Part shown: positions 36,910 through 49,708 of the stretch, piece by piece
Layout: each line of letters starts with the position of its first letter
Numbering within the stretch: the first letter of the stretch is position 1
Source of the DNA: Dicyema japonicum
Lineage: Eukaryota > Animalia > Dicyemida
Assembly: GCA_011109175.1 (NCBI GenBank)
Contig: RDEW01000047.1
Span: 20,324-84,323, forward strand
DNA length: 64,000 bases
Reading direction: 5' to 3'
Translations under genes and position numbers: made by a program
Notes under the pieces: generated by a model
The model's input: only the letters and a program-made list of their open reading frames with translations
What the model was told of the DNA's origin: nothing
Database searches by the model: none

Positions 36910-37784
36910 GATCACGTAAATTTCAATTTTTTTTTATTTTACATTAATTTTAAAATTATTTATTTTTATTTTATTAAATATTTAAAATTACAGGTATTTT
37001 TCAATAATGAAAATTTTACCAGTAGTGAACATAATCTTATACTTATCACGTTTAAAAAAAAATGTCCACTGAAAAGATAATATTATTCACGACTGCAAAA
37101 AATGTCGACAGGAGAAAGTTTACTGTCTTCGTCGACCATCACTTATATGGTTTTGAACTGAATATCTTCAAGTTACGCCTTACAATTTTTCGACAAGTAG
37201 TCCTGAAGGACATGAGAAAATAAATACCATCACTTATATGGTTTTGAACTGAATATCTTCAAGTTACGCCATACAATTTTTCGACAAGTAGTCCTGAAGG
37301 ACATGAGAAAATAAATTAAAAGAAAATCCTCGAGAAAAGAGAAGAGCAAGTGGATAGACTTACAGGCACCTTATCTAATCAGAGTTTTCCAGACTTCCCG
37401 ACGTTTTTCCAATCCCCATTAGACTTTTTCTGGTTTCCGGCAGTTTCATCCCTCACAAGATGTCTAAAGGTCCAATTCTCTCATCTAACAGACCCAAGAA
37501 AGACGCTTTGATAATCTCTTTCTCACCAGCGGAAAAATGCAAAACGATCAAAACCCAAAAATGTTCATATTCCTGTGTCCCCTGCAAAATTTTCGACATC
37601 GTACTCTCCAGGGTCATACAGGCCAATTTCCCTTCTGTGCTCCTAAAAACCTCAAAATTGTGCTGATTTTTTGAAATTACAAGCATTCTGATTGAGATGA
37701 ATCTCACTATTTTCTGATATACCGAAACAATTTCCGGAAATAGGCCTGATGGCCTAGTTCGAATCTCGTTGCAGTAAATTTCGG

Positions 37785-38030
37785 CTGAAGGTTCCACGCA
37801 TCTACGATGCTTCGGCTTGACGAGTGATGCCGCCAATAGTGAACATCTCACTACGGAACCGGATCGTCCAACATAAGAAAAGGAAAAAGGAGACACATCC
37901 AACATAAAAAAAGGAAGTTAAGAGCATTCCTTGCTTCTCTCCCGTCGATTAGTTATGATTACTGTTTTTTACTTAAAATGAAGTTTGTCCTCCTTGGGAA
38001 GGGCTATATCTAATATGGATCTTCGTAAAG
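37785..38030 (+). mobile_element. SINE family 1, diverged copy
   Basis: Core and tail similarity. Confidence 0.7.
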
Positions 38031-38719
38031 AAGTTAAGAGTCGATTAACGTCAAGACCGTAATCTAAGTGAAACGCATACTTAACAAGCATCCCGTCCAT
38101 TTATATCACCCCTCCAGGAAGAAATAGATCCTTTTTAAATTCCGGCCAGGCACTGGGAGTTTTTTGAGACAGATGAATCAAGTGAATCCTCTTTTGGATT
38201 GAAATGAAATAAAAACCTCGGTAATACCAAACTAACTACTAACGTGATCCTGACACGTTCCAACTGTGATCTCATCTTGGTCTAATGATCTCCATCGAGC
38301 TTACATAAGCACAAATAAAACGTAGAACCAGATGCTTATAGTTTAACGGGACTCTCCTCGGTTAGAGATTCAGAGACATTGGAAAAATATCCTCTCCAGA
38401 AGTTTACTTTCCGAAACTTTGAATACCATTTTCCAGATAACTTTGATTTTCATGACACTTGTCCAGGAAATAAATAACCCAGTCAGGTCATTTGTGAGAA
38501 ATTCATGGCTAAATTTATTGGATGTAGATAGAAACCAACCTGCATCTCTCTCAGAAAGCTATTATCTTCGACTAGAGAGAATTTTTTCTTGAAAACTATA
38601 TTCCCCTCTGTTATCAGATTTGGTTTCACTGAGTCTTTACGGTCTTCCAGGCCAGAATTAAGCCATTGGTTACTATAGGTCCAATGTGTCTCTTGAGCGA
38701 ACAACAGTAATCCAATCAT

Positions 38720-38900
38720 ATAGCTGTCAAGGATTTGCCCACACCAACTCCCGATGCACTTGTAAAGAAAAGTGCTTGAATTACGAGGGTCCAAATTCGC
38801 GGAAAGCCTCCTAATAAACTGCGTGAACTGTGGCGAGTAGCCATTCAAAATGCCCCCTGTATCAAAAGGCTATCGAGAAGGTACTACATGTGATGAGGCA
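38720..38900 (+). mobile_element. LINE ORF1 zinc-knuckle remnant
   Basis: CQGFAHTNSRC..KC..CVNCGE pattern resembles Jockey/I ORF1 CCHC knuckles. Confidence 0.45.
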
Positions 38901-39299
38901 GGGGCCCTCTTCTATTCCGGCTCCACTATCCCTAACACGCTTGAAAATTTATGTATAGGTTGAATTTTCTGATAGAAGAAGAAGGTCAGTCGTAATGTCA
39001 AGACTTAAAAATAATTGTTCTTTTTATTTTAAATAAATTCTTTATTAAATCTAGCAATTTGTTTAATTGTTAAAAAAATTTTTTGTTTTAATCTAGCAAT
39101 TGATATCNCCTAACACGCTTGAAAATTTATGTATAGGTTGAATTTTCTGATAGAAGAAGGTCAGTCGTAATGTCAAGACTTAAAAATAATTGTTCTTTTT
39201 ATTTTAAATAAATTCTTTATTAAATCTAGCAATTTGTTTAATTGTTAAAAAAAATTTTTGTTTTAATCTAGCAATTGATATTTGGTTACCATGGAAACA

Positions 39300-39990
39300 C
39301 ATAAAAAACAACCTGCCCATAGGCATTTATCTGGTGCAACTTGAGAGGGCTAAAGCTCTTTGCTGAAAAATCTTGCGCACTCCGAATAAGCAGTTTGAAA
39401 AAGCACCTGAAACAAGAATACACACTGGGAGTAAACAATTCACAAAGTCTGCGCTACTTGGGGGTTGACTATGGACACGCAGGAGATTACATGGACGACA
39501 TAAAGGGGAGGAGAAATAGAGCCTTTCAGTCGCTCCTATGTACACGAAAGTTACACGTTAGCCGTGACACTTTCCTGTTTATCTTCAAGGGAGTTATTCT
39601 CCCTAGCCTACTTTATGGGTGCGAGGTGTGGTTCTTCTCTCCGAAGAGGGACAAGATCTTATCCCTCTTAGAGAAGACTAGAAGAGGTGCAATTAAGCTC
39701 TCCTTAAACAAGAAACTGAAAGACTGTCTAAACGAAGACGATAACAAGCTCGTGGAACCGATTAGCAAGATTGTGGAGGATCGGATCAATAGTTTCAGGA
39801 GGAGATCAAAAATCCAAGACACATATATAAAGCTAGGGGAATAAAGATTAAAAAGCTGGGAGAAAGGTTCCGAAAAAAATTAATAATCAAAAAAAGGAGG
39901 AAGGGTCCAGGTGTGGAGTCCAAGCCTTATGGTAGGACTCTGATGTAATATTCTCCAGAAATATCCTTAACTCTTTTGTCAGTAAGTCGT
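39300..39990 (+). mobile_element. LINE 3' fragment (RT C-terminus + 3' UTR)
   Basis: LRYLGVDY..FIFKGVILPSLLYGCEVW. Related to 42725-43129 and 120-350. Confidence 0.75.
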
Positions 39991-40199
39991 TGTTGTTGTT
40001 GGCATTTATCTAGCCACCCCTGTGACATATTGTCAAATCTAATGTCGAAGGAACAAAAAAATATCTAGCACCAATGGCGCCACGTGAAGATCGTGCTCAT
40101 CTATTCGACAGAATTGAAATCCCAGATTACGACAGTTCTATGCAAAATACGGAATGGCTATTACTATTAATAGCTATGTCTGCGGAATCAAAAAAGTTT

Positions 40200-40830
40200 A
40201 TTAATTTAGAGATTCCATACATCTTAGAATACGTGCTGTAAGTTGTTTTCATCCTCCCTGTTTCTCGCAACTTCCTACAGATCATCGAGATCCACTCCTG
40301 TTTTCAGCTTTCTTCCTCTTGAAGAAATAAGTTCTTTGTCGAGCGTCGACGGAAACGTTGTTCTTTGTCGATTTAGGAAATGTCCAAAAAGCTGTCATTT
40401 CCCCCAAGTCACTTTATTCCCATTCTGATCTTTTAGTGATTCTCTAGAGCTCGTCGTTGGTCATCCATTTTGACCAGTAGATGCCCAGGAGAAGTCGTAG
40501 TTGTTTTCTGTGGAAAAAGTTAAGGTTCTCCAGTTCTTTGGTGGTTAGGCTCCAGGTCCCCGCGTTATACAGTAGAATTGGTTCGATAAAGGAGTTGCAC
40601 AACCCAGTAGATGCCCAGGAGAAGTCGTAGTTGTTTTCTGTGGAAAAAGTTGAGGTTCTCCAGTTCTTTGGTGGTTAGGCTCCAGGTCCCCGCGTTATAC
40701 AGTAGAATTGGTCCGATAAAGGAGTTGCACAACCGAATTCTAAGGCGAGTGCCTATGTGCTTTCGCCGCATCCAGATCGCCCACAATTATTTGAAAAAAA
40801 GCAACCACCAGAACTTTCCTGTGAATAACG
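40200..40830 (-). mobile_element. RTE LINE 3' relic with ~130-bp internal tandem duplication
   Basis: RLCNSFIGPILLYNAGTWSLTTKELENLNFFHRKQLRLLLGIYW. Confidence 0.75.
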
Positions 40831-40959
40831 TCCTCCGAGTTTCCTTGGAGCCTTAAATCAGTGATTCTTAATAAGGGTGCAGGAATTTTAATTTTTTTAA
40901 TTATTATAAATATTTCATTAGGTTTTATTTATTTATTTTAAAACTCCAAAACCACCAAG

Positions 40960-41255
40960 AAAGTGGTTAATCGGTTGAAGTTATCTGCTATCTTGTCTCT
41001 TCCTCTTCTTTATTCCTATTAGAGTGGCATCATGTGATCCACCTGTCTACGTGACGCCCAGTGTCTGGCCGGCACGAATGAGGATCATTTGCTCTTTCCC
41101 ACTCCACTGGAATGGTTTCCACAACTGCATGTAATGGACGTCTTACTTTTTATGCTGATTACGGATGGACTCTATAGAAATAGAAACTGGATACACTTAA
41201 TTAGTTGTTTACTTTAACTTCTTTCTCGGTGTATCTGGGGTTAATAAATAAATTT
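40960..41255 (+). mobile_element. SINE-like family 2 copy
   Basis: Matches 5300-5590; ends TGGGGTTAATAAATAA. Confidence 0.75.
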
Positions 41256-41529
41256 AAAAAAATTAAAAAAAGTGATCACAGCCTCCAACATCTCTCGAAT
41301 TCTCTTTGCATGCTTCACCAGTAAACCAACTGCATTCCTGAAGTGTCTTCTTTATTTCTGCAAAAAAATTCTATCGGAGTGCACTTTTTTAATGTGGTTT
41401 TATAAATAATTTATCACGTGCTATTCTAATTCTATTTTTTCTGTGTGTACTTTTTTACAAAATTATTACTGATATATAAATATTTTAAATATTATAAATA
41501 TTTTCTAATTGTATTTAATATTTTATAGA

Positions 41530-43200
41530 TGTGTGATAAAAAAAGTGAAAACAAATAATCTAAGAACTAAACTGAGGAAATGCGTAGACCCACAAAACCG
41601 CTTAGCCTTGTCTCACAAAATCAGCGAACTACAAAATCAGTTGTCGGAACAATTCAAAAGTTGGACTGAAAATAAGTGGAACTCTCAACTACGGAAGCTA
41701 AGCAAACATAATCCCTCTTTCTGGAAGGTATACCGAAGAGTGAGGGACCTAGAGTCAATCGAAAACAAGATTGTGCTCAAGAAACGGAAGTTCTCAAAGA
41801 TATGTTTAACGCATGCATAAAAATTGGTCATGTTTTACACGAATAGAAGAAAACTATTGTACGGATGGAGGCGAAGACAGGAAGATCGAAGAATGATCCT
41901 GCCAGCTATTGTCCGATTAGCCTGATTCAGTCAATTTCAAAAATTATGGAAAAATTGTTTTCTGGAGGCTTACAAATCAGCTGGAAAAGGAAGACTACTT
42001 CAGAAATGATCAATTTGGTTTTCGCCTAGGATAGTCATGCGGTGATTGCTTATTTCATCTCAACTCCGAGTTATGCAAAGCCAGAGAATCCAAATGTCTC
42101 CTGAATGTCATATGTCTCGACATATCAAAACATTTGACAGTGTTAACCACAGAGACATAATCGATCAGTTATCTCGGACGGGGAGCCTAAAGGAACTAGT
42201 GAATTGGGTGAAAGTAAACCTAAAAAAAGAAAATCCTATGTTAGATCCGGACGCTATTTTTCAAATATGATATTATTGAAGAAAGGAATCCCACAAGGAT
42301 CAATTTTGTGCCCTTTATTGTTTAATGCTCCAATGGCTGGTTTATCGTATCCGTCTACACCGAGTACGTGATCTCTGATATACGCAGACGACGTGCTACT
42401 GTCTGATGTGTCCAGATTGAGCATGATCTCAGAGAGGAGACTNCTGTCTCGACATATCAAAACATTTGACAATGTTAACCACAGAGCCATAATCGATCAG
42501 TTATCTCGGACGGGGAGTCTAAAGGAACTAGTGAATTGGGTGAAAGTAAACCTAAAAAAAGAAAATCCTATGTTAGATCCGGACGCTATTTTTCAAATAT
42601 GATATTATTGAAGAAAAGAATCCCACAAGGATCAATTTTGTGCCCTTTATTGTTTAATGCTCCAATGGCTGGTTTATCGTATCCGTCTACACCGAGTACG
42701 TGATATCTGATATACGCAGACGACGTGCTACTGTCTGATGTGTCGAGATTGAGCATGATCTCAGAGAGGAGACTCAATGTGTACACGGAAGAGATAAAAG
42801 ACCACCATGCGTTATTGTGTATGAGGAAATTGAGACTCGAAACGGATATGTTTTTATTTATTTTTTCACGTACGATCATTCTATTACTCCTTTATGGACT
42901 GGAAGGATGGTATTACACTGCATACAAAGAGCGTTTTAACTTGCTTCTTGAAAAATCGAGGAGAGCAGGAATCAAGATTTCTCTACACAAAAGTCTCGAC
43001 GAAAACCTAGATGAATGTGAAAAGTTGCTAGTAATGTTGATAAGAGATGCAGCAGAAAAAAGGATGGAAAACTACTTGAAAAGAAATTCCATCATTGACT
43101 CGTATGTTGCAGCGCAGAATAAACGCTAAGAGGGGTCTGAGAGCGCAGAGAAGAGTCCAAGCGTTTGCAGGACTTGCAACATGAGGCCAGATAACTCTTT
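41530..43200 (+). mobile_element. Jockey/I-like LINE RT relic
   Basis: Frameshifted RT motifs DPASYCPISL, QFGFR, DIxKxFDSVNH, GIPQGSILCPLLFN and YADD. Confidence 0.8.
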
Positions 43201-43839
43201 AAATTCTCCTTGCTAATAAAGTTGTTAAAGTTATGTGTAAAAATTTCAAATCATCTTAAGATTTTTCATCCAGATAAGCTTGATGCACATGTTAATTATT
43301 TTTTTAATCTGAAATATAATTATGAAAATGGAAAATCACTTCGTTTCCTAAAAACACTTAAACGCCTAGTTGCACTAAAAAGCCACGACACACAGTGGCT
43401 TTTTAGTTGATTTTTGTTGCAATCGTGAGAGGCAACGCAACGTCGATAATGTCGCCGGGAACCACTTTGGATTGATGGCTGTGTTAATTAATTATTAATT
43501 GTTACTTTATAAAATCATTTTTTTATTGAACCAAAAAAAATAAAACTATTAAACAAACAACTATGAAAATCGTCTTATGATTAATCGAATATTTACAAAA
43601 ATCTCGAAAATGTTTGAGATTGACAAAATCTCATCAAGCACAAGGCAGTCACTAAAATTTTTTTATATTACAAAAAAAGTTTTTTTTGTGAATAAGCTTT
43701 TTAATTTTAAAAATAATTAGTAATTGCGGAATTTTCGATTTCCGCAAGAAATTTGAGGCGGTAGTGAGACATTTCTCTGGTGAAAATCGACCGGGGTTGA
43801 TAAAGTTTATAATATTATTATCAAAAGATGCACTTCATT

Positions 43840-45660
43840 ACACGAGTCTATGTGTCGTGTATTACAGAAAAGCATCACTAACCTGGTAACGACTCCTGAT
43901 TGGGCCTGCATCGGAACAGCTTATTTGATTGCAAAGCTGGACAACCCTCATTCTGATGTAGATTATCGACCGATAACCTACATGCCAACTCTGTATAAGC
44001 TGATGATTAAATTGGTGGCTAATGAAGTTAGGAGCTTTTTAGAAGCAAATGAAATTCTCTCCGAGAATCAGTTGGGTACTGTGCGAAATTGTCAAGGGGC
44101 AAAAGAGCAGGCTTTGATCAACAAATGCCTTTTTTGTCTCACAAAAACTCACTTTTGTCTATGTGGGTGGATGTGAAAAAGGCTTACAATTCAGTTGATC
44201 ATTTTTACCTTGTCAAGTGCCTACACAGAGTGTGTATGCCTGTGTGGTTCATCAGCTTTGTAGTGGCTGTGATGAAAAAATAGAGTATTCATCTAAACTA
44301 TAATAGGCACCGGATAGGCGAGGTATAATAAAGAAGGGATCTTTTAGGGGGTTAGCATGTCTCCGCTGCTCTTTGTTCTTTGTTTGGAGCCATCGCCTCA
44401 ATGATCGGTTTGAGCAAATACCAGTTCATTGTGAGGGGGTTTGTTGCTGCACAAATCACCTTTTTTATTGATGACCTGAAGATATATGCTCGAACAGCCG
44501 AGGAGTTCTACTCCACGGGGGTCTGTGGCAGGGAATTCTTTGAGAGTATAGAAATAGATTTGAATTATTTAAAGTCTGCGACAAACACGCAAGTATGTAG
44601 CGAGTTAGTAAGAGTCCTATAGAAACACGAAGAATATAAGTTTCTATGTGTTACCGAAACTCCAAAGTCCCTTATAATACTTGAGACAAAGCGACAAATT
44701 ACTGAAGACATTTGTATAAGACCAGTGTTATTATTTGAAACGTCTCTAAATGCAAGGAATTTGTTCCTAGCATTAAATGAATATGCTGTTTCGTTGCTAA
44801 ACTACTATATTGGTGTAGTGGAGTTTGTGCCCAAAGAGTATAATGAGATAATTGTTATGATCCATAGAGTACTCAGATAGATCCATGTCCATGTGCTGGC
44901 AGCTAATAAGGAGAGACTATATTTACCCGTGATAAATTCGGCCGTGAACTATGTGGAGTAGTCCAACTAAGTGAGCGTATCTTTATTCGAATGCACGACA
45001 CCATGATAGCTGCAACCCACCTAGACACTATCAGACCTTTTTTGTCCTCTAAATATGGTGTTGATAATGGTAAGCTAGTAATTGTGAAAGCGTGATCGAT
45101 TTACAATATAATAATTTGATGGATAAGATCAACTTAAAAAACCTTCATAAAGTCCTCTACAGAGCATTGAACAACCCACATGTCGACCTTAAGTCGTCGA
45201 CAATATGGCTAAAATACAGTGACAACTCACCTCGATCGGAGGCGGTGTACACGTATATGCAAGACCGCAATATTTTTTGGAGTCGATCAACCCATTGTAA
45301 GTCAAGGAGCATGTCGGTCGATCATTTAACCAATCGGTGCGGATCCATGCTCTCATACGACTATGTGTTAAGGCATAACGATGTAGTAAGGAGTCTTTAT
45401 CTTTTACTATACAATAAGTATGTTATTCGCTACACCAGAAAATTGCGGACTCATAAGGTGCAATTTGCAGTAGAGAACACCAGAGTCCAAATTAAGGTAG
45501 ACAATATTATCTGTACCTCGTTGCTTGTCAAGCACAATAAACCGGACATTGTGGTACACCATAAGGAGTCTGGCCAATTCCTTATCATAGATGTTGGCAT
45601 TACGTCTCAAGACCGTTTGCAGAGTGTGGAGGTAGAGACAAAAAACAAAGTATGACTTTC
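43840..45660 (+). mobile_element. R4/Dong-like RLE retrotransposon relic
   Basis: YRPIT..NQLGTVRNCQGAKEQALIN, WVDVKKAYNSVDH, FIDDLKIYA, CCHC/RHN region and KPDIVV..IIDVGIT endonuclease motif. Confidence 0.85.
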
Positions 45661-46339
45661 ATTATGAAAGGTTAAGAACCACTGCCTTAAATCATTCGAC
45701 AAAAAGTTACTCATTGATAAAATTTAACTGAAAATAAATACAATTCCAAAGCTGTAAAACTTAATTTAATTTTACCTACTTTACAGTAGTTCATTCAGAT
45801 GTTTGTGTGGATTCTGCGGAATACTTAGTTAAAACGTAGCATGCGATAAATTCTAGTTTTTTTAGAGTTAAATTTTGTTTTTGATTTTTCTTTGAAATTA
45901 TCGTTTTTTGATGCAATTTGATAGATTTTTTATTAATATTTTGTATTTCTGAAAAAGGAAAAAAGTAAGTCTTGCACAAACTTACAATAGACAGTGGCCA
46001 TTGATGCGAACTACGGCGTTCGCTGAATCAACGCCGCTTTCGAAGATCTCCTAGTTTTGATGAAATTATGTTTCCAATTTTTTGGAGATCCGGCTCCCAG
46101 CTCTTCCAGCAGTCTTTGCATGCTCTGATTTTAAAGAAATGCCTTCCAGGGGGAACTCCTCTGGATAAATATTGACTAATGGTTCTTTTTGGATATAATT
46201 TAGGATAGAGATGGTGAACCACACGACGTAGGCTAACAATTCACCTCCCTGGAGCCAAAAGAAAAGAGAAGGAACAGAAAATCAAACATATAATCTTCAA
46301 TCAGCACCACACTAATTTTGGCGTCACGTGGAAAATAAT

Positions 46340-47240
46340 ATGAAAATAAATAAAAAGCGGATAGAAAACGTCATTTTAAATTTCAATGGAATGAAACTGA
46401 TGCCCATGTAACAGATCACCTTCCAAAATGTCTCCTTTGCTACCAAACTTTCTACCAGTACAAAAAGACAAATCTGGAGAGACATTTTAATCCAAAGAAT
46501 GGTGATTTTTCAAGAAAATATTTAATTGGCGATGCACGAAAACTAGCTTTGAATTCCAAAAAATATTAAAATTGAAAGTTCAACATTATTGGAAGCAGTC
46601 TGCCAGAACCATTAATATTGAAGCTTCATCGTCAGTTAGGAAATTGCAAAATGGGGAAACCATTCACAGATGGTGAACACAGCAAATCCTGTTTTCTAAA
46701 ATTGTCACCAAATATTCCAAAAATTTACGAATAAAACAGAACTTTTAAATAAAATTAAAAATACACCGTTGTCCGCAAAAACAATTCCGAATAAAACTAA
46801 TAAGATGGCTTGGAATGTGATGACCTTAAAGTAGCTTACTTCGATGAGATTAGATGAGTTTTGTGACGGATGCAACTCAGGTTTTTATGAATATTAGGTG
46901 TCCCTATTAATACCTAATGTTTCTCGAGACTTTCTTAGAGAATAACTTTGACATTATTTCCGTAAAGGGTCAAACTTGTGGAGAGGACATTGCCGGTGCC
47001 ATACTTGAATACATAGAGAGTCATATGAATTGAAAAAAATTGTATTCCAGATAAAATATTATATCATCCTCACGATATTCTAGTCTATTTATTTGTGTGA
47101 GCAGGCGTTTTCACATGAATTTGTTTGAGTCATAATTAAGGAGTCAAATTACTGATGCAAATTTGGACTCTTGTTTGTTAAAAATGACAAACTACGACCA
47201 AGACATTTCACTATTGGCGAAGGAAGGTTACCGACCCCTG
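46340..47240 (+). mobile_element. hAT Buster/SPIN (GTF2IRD2-like) transposase relic
   Basis: Fragments CLLC..NLERHF, KPFTDGE, PLSAKTI and YLCEQAFS..RSQITDANLDSCL. The right end GACCCCTG is followed by CCCTAGAC. Confidence 0.65.
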
Positions 47241-47329
47241 CCCTAGACCAGGGTCGATTAAAACAGAATATAAATTTTCTAACAAAAGTATGACAAATCA
47301 ATTAAAATTTACACCACTATTTGGGGCAT

Positions 47330-48030
47330 TAATTTTTTTCCAGTTTCGGAACTCTTTAAAAATTCACTAACTTTTTCTTAGAGAATTGGCCTAAAAATTT
47401 TAAAGATTCAAATAAAGAAATTCAAACAGAGGCATAAATTAAACTTCAAAGCATTGTTAGGTGAATTTATCTCTTGTGATCAGGATATGATTCCGACTTT
47501 TTATTAAAATTAAATTTGAACATATGCAAAGGAGAACATTTTTAATTGTGACGAAACTGTTTTTTATCAAAGTTACATAACGCAAATCATTTGTGAAAAC
47601 TTGTGACTCAGCAAGTAGCTTTAAACGGAGCAAAGATAGAGTTACTCTCCATCTATGCTGTAGCTACACTGGAGAAAAATTAAAACTTTTAATAATCGGA
47701 AAATACAGAAATCCTAGATCCTTCAAAACTTTTTCTCCTGAAATTTGTTGAATTTTATACTCTTCGTCCAAAAATGCGTGGATGACAGGAGATATTTTTG
47801 CATCCTAGCTGAATGCTTTGATGAAATTGAAGATAATAATGCATATCTCTATGAGGATATAGACTAAACAATCAATATTAAAAACTTTAGGAATAAAAAA
47901 CAAGTTTAAATATTTATAGAAAATAAATGATTATATTAAAAAATAATGTTCTTTTTGTTTATTTATCGAGCTATATGGAAAACCTCTGATTTTTGGGAAT
48001 TACGTGCTCCAACTAGAAATCACACTGTAC
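47330..48030 (+). mobile_element. Tigger/pogo-like transposase relic
   Basis: ENIFNCDET..FKRSKDRVTLHLCCSYTGEKLKLLIIGKYRNPRSFK..SKNAWMT; ends ACTG|TA. Confidence 0.75.
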
Positions 48031-49186
48031 CATAGTTGACCAGTTTATGGAACCAACCAGAATTTTTACTGGCAGCTGGTCTCCTACAAGTTAGTGAGGT
48101 CTGAGTTACTTAAATAACTAACTATGAGGTCGACGGCCTTCAAACGTCATATATTTTGCAAAAAGCCAAACCACTTCAACCTTCCGAACAATAGACAAGA
48201 GACTAAAGACTGGCGTAGCAGAAACAAATAATATTTCATTTTATAAAACTGGCTTTATCGACGTAAATTACTTTTTCGCTATGAAAGAAATTGGATACAC
48301 TTACTACTTGAACTCGCCCTCCCAGTTTTCCTATCTTGACTCAACACTTCAACTGGTCTCATACGCCAGAACCTACTCACATTAACGAATGCGAGCTGAT
48401 CCAGTAGCACTCGCGGCTCAAAAAGTTTTGACACTCACTACTTGAACTCGCCCTCCCAGTTTTCCTATCTTGACTCAACACTTCAACTGGTCTCATACGC
48501 CAGAACCTACTCACATTAACGAATGCGAGCTGATCCAGTAGCACTCACGGCTCAAAAAGTTTTGACGCGTCTAAGTCTGGGATTCTGAAGGGTGCTCATA
48601 AACAACAAGACTGGGCTGCTTCAGTTAAAGTAGACCTGACAGACAACTGTCTTTCCATTGGAAAGCGGTATATACCTCGCCTGAGACGCCATCTGTGAAT
48701 GGCCTCTCTCTCCCCGACCTTGCAATGACAACAACTCACCCAGGATCAGCATCGGAACCGGCTGAGGCCTTAATGAAAAAGAAATACTTATATCTTGTTG
48801 GACAGTTCATTTTAATCGTCTACAAAACATAAGGAGTCATTGTGGGCAGATCACTAACCAAGCTGAATCCCAATTGGATTGATCATCGCAAGGAGGAGAA
48901 AGGAGCTGATTTATCACTTGGCTAACTGAACTGAAATCATTCGCCTTATAAATGACTAAATTTCCCGCTTCACATGGGATTGACTGGGTTATAATGTATA
49001 TTCCAATGTCCCCCATTTGCTAAAGACACCCATGTTATTTTGCAATTCCGGAGTCTTGACAGCCTCATATAATTTCGCAAAGTCAAATTAAAAGTACCAA
49101 ATCACCCCAGTTTTGATACTACTAAAATGATTAAAACTTTAAGTAGTGATCAATATAAAACAAATTTTAAATACAAAAAACAACGA

Positions 49187-49568
49187 TCAGGCAGGATTTG
49201 CGAAAGGATTGGCGATAATGTCGAATCCATCAGAGGGACAAATCAGCATGATCGCATTGCCTCTACAAACGATAAGTCCCAACTTTCTTGATTTCCCACT
49301 AAGTTTATCCAGATCGGAGGGATCCCTCAAATGTTCGAGAGTGTTGTCCAAAACCAAGTTAAGGACCCCATCAAACCCCTTCAGAATACCGGTTACTAAA
49401 ATTATCATTATTTCTCACCTTCCCTTCCAAAACTGAACTTTACACGAACTACCTTGTCCAAATATTTATTCAAATCTATAACAGTGTCCTTGCGTTTATC
49501 TTGACTCTAACAAATTTAGTTATAACGTGCTTTAAATAAAATAAGAACTAAACACTAAATGCTACCAT
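49187..49568 (-). CDS. LSM7: U6 snRNA-associated Sm-like protein LSm7
   Basis: Spliced product M..SQDKRKDTVIDLNKYLDKVVRVKFSFGREVTGILKGFDGVLNLVLDNTLEHLRDP..RKLGLIVCRG..ICPSDGFDIIANPF. Introns 49565-49507 and 49418-49396. Confidence 0.92.
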
Positions 49569-49708
49569 GTCTGACAAAAGTTAAGTAATTTAAATTCAAT
49601 ATAAAAAATTTAAATTATTTTTTAAGTCATGTTTTTGGAGGACGTTGTCTTATTTGGTAGGAAAAGTTTTTTTTTAAGATTTGTAGGAAAATCTTATATG
49701 CTTCTTTT

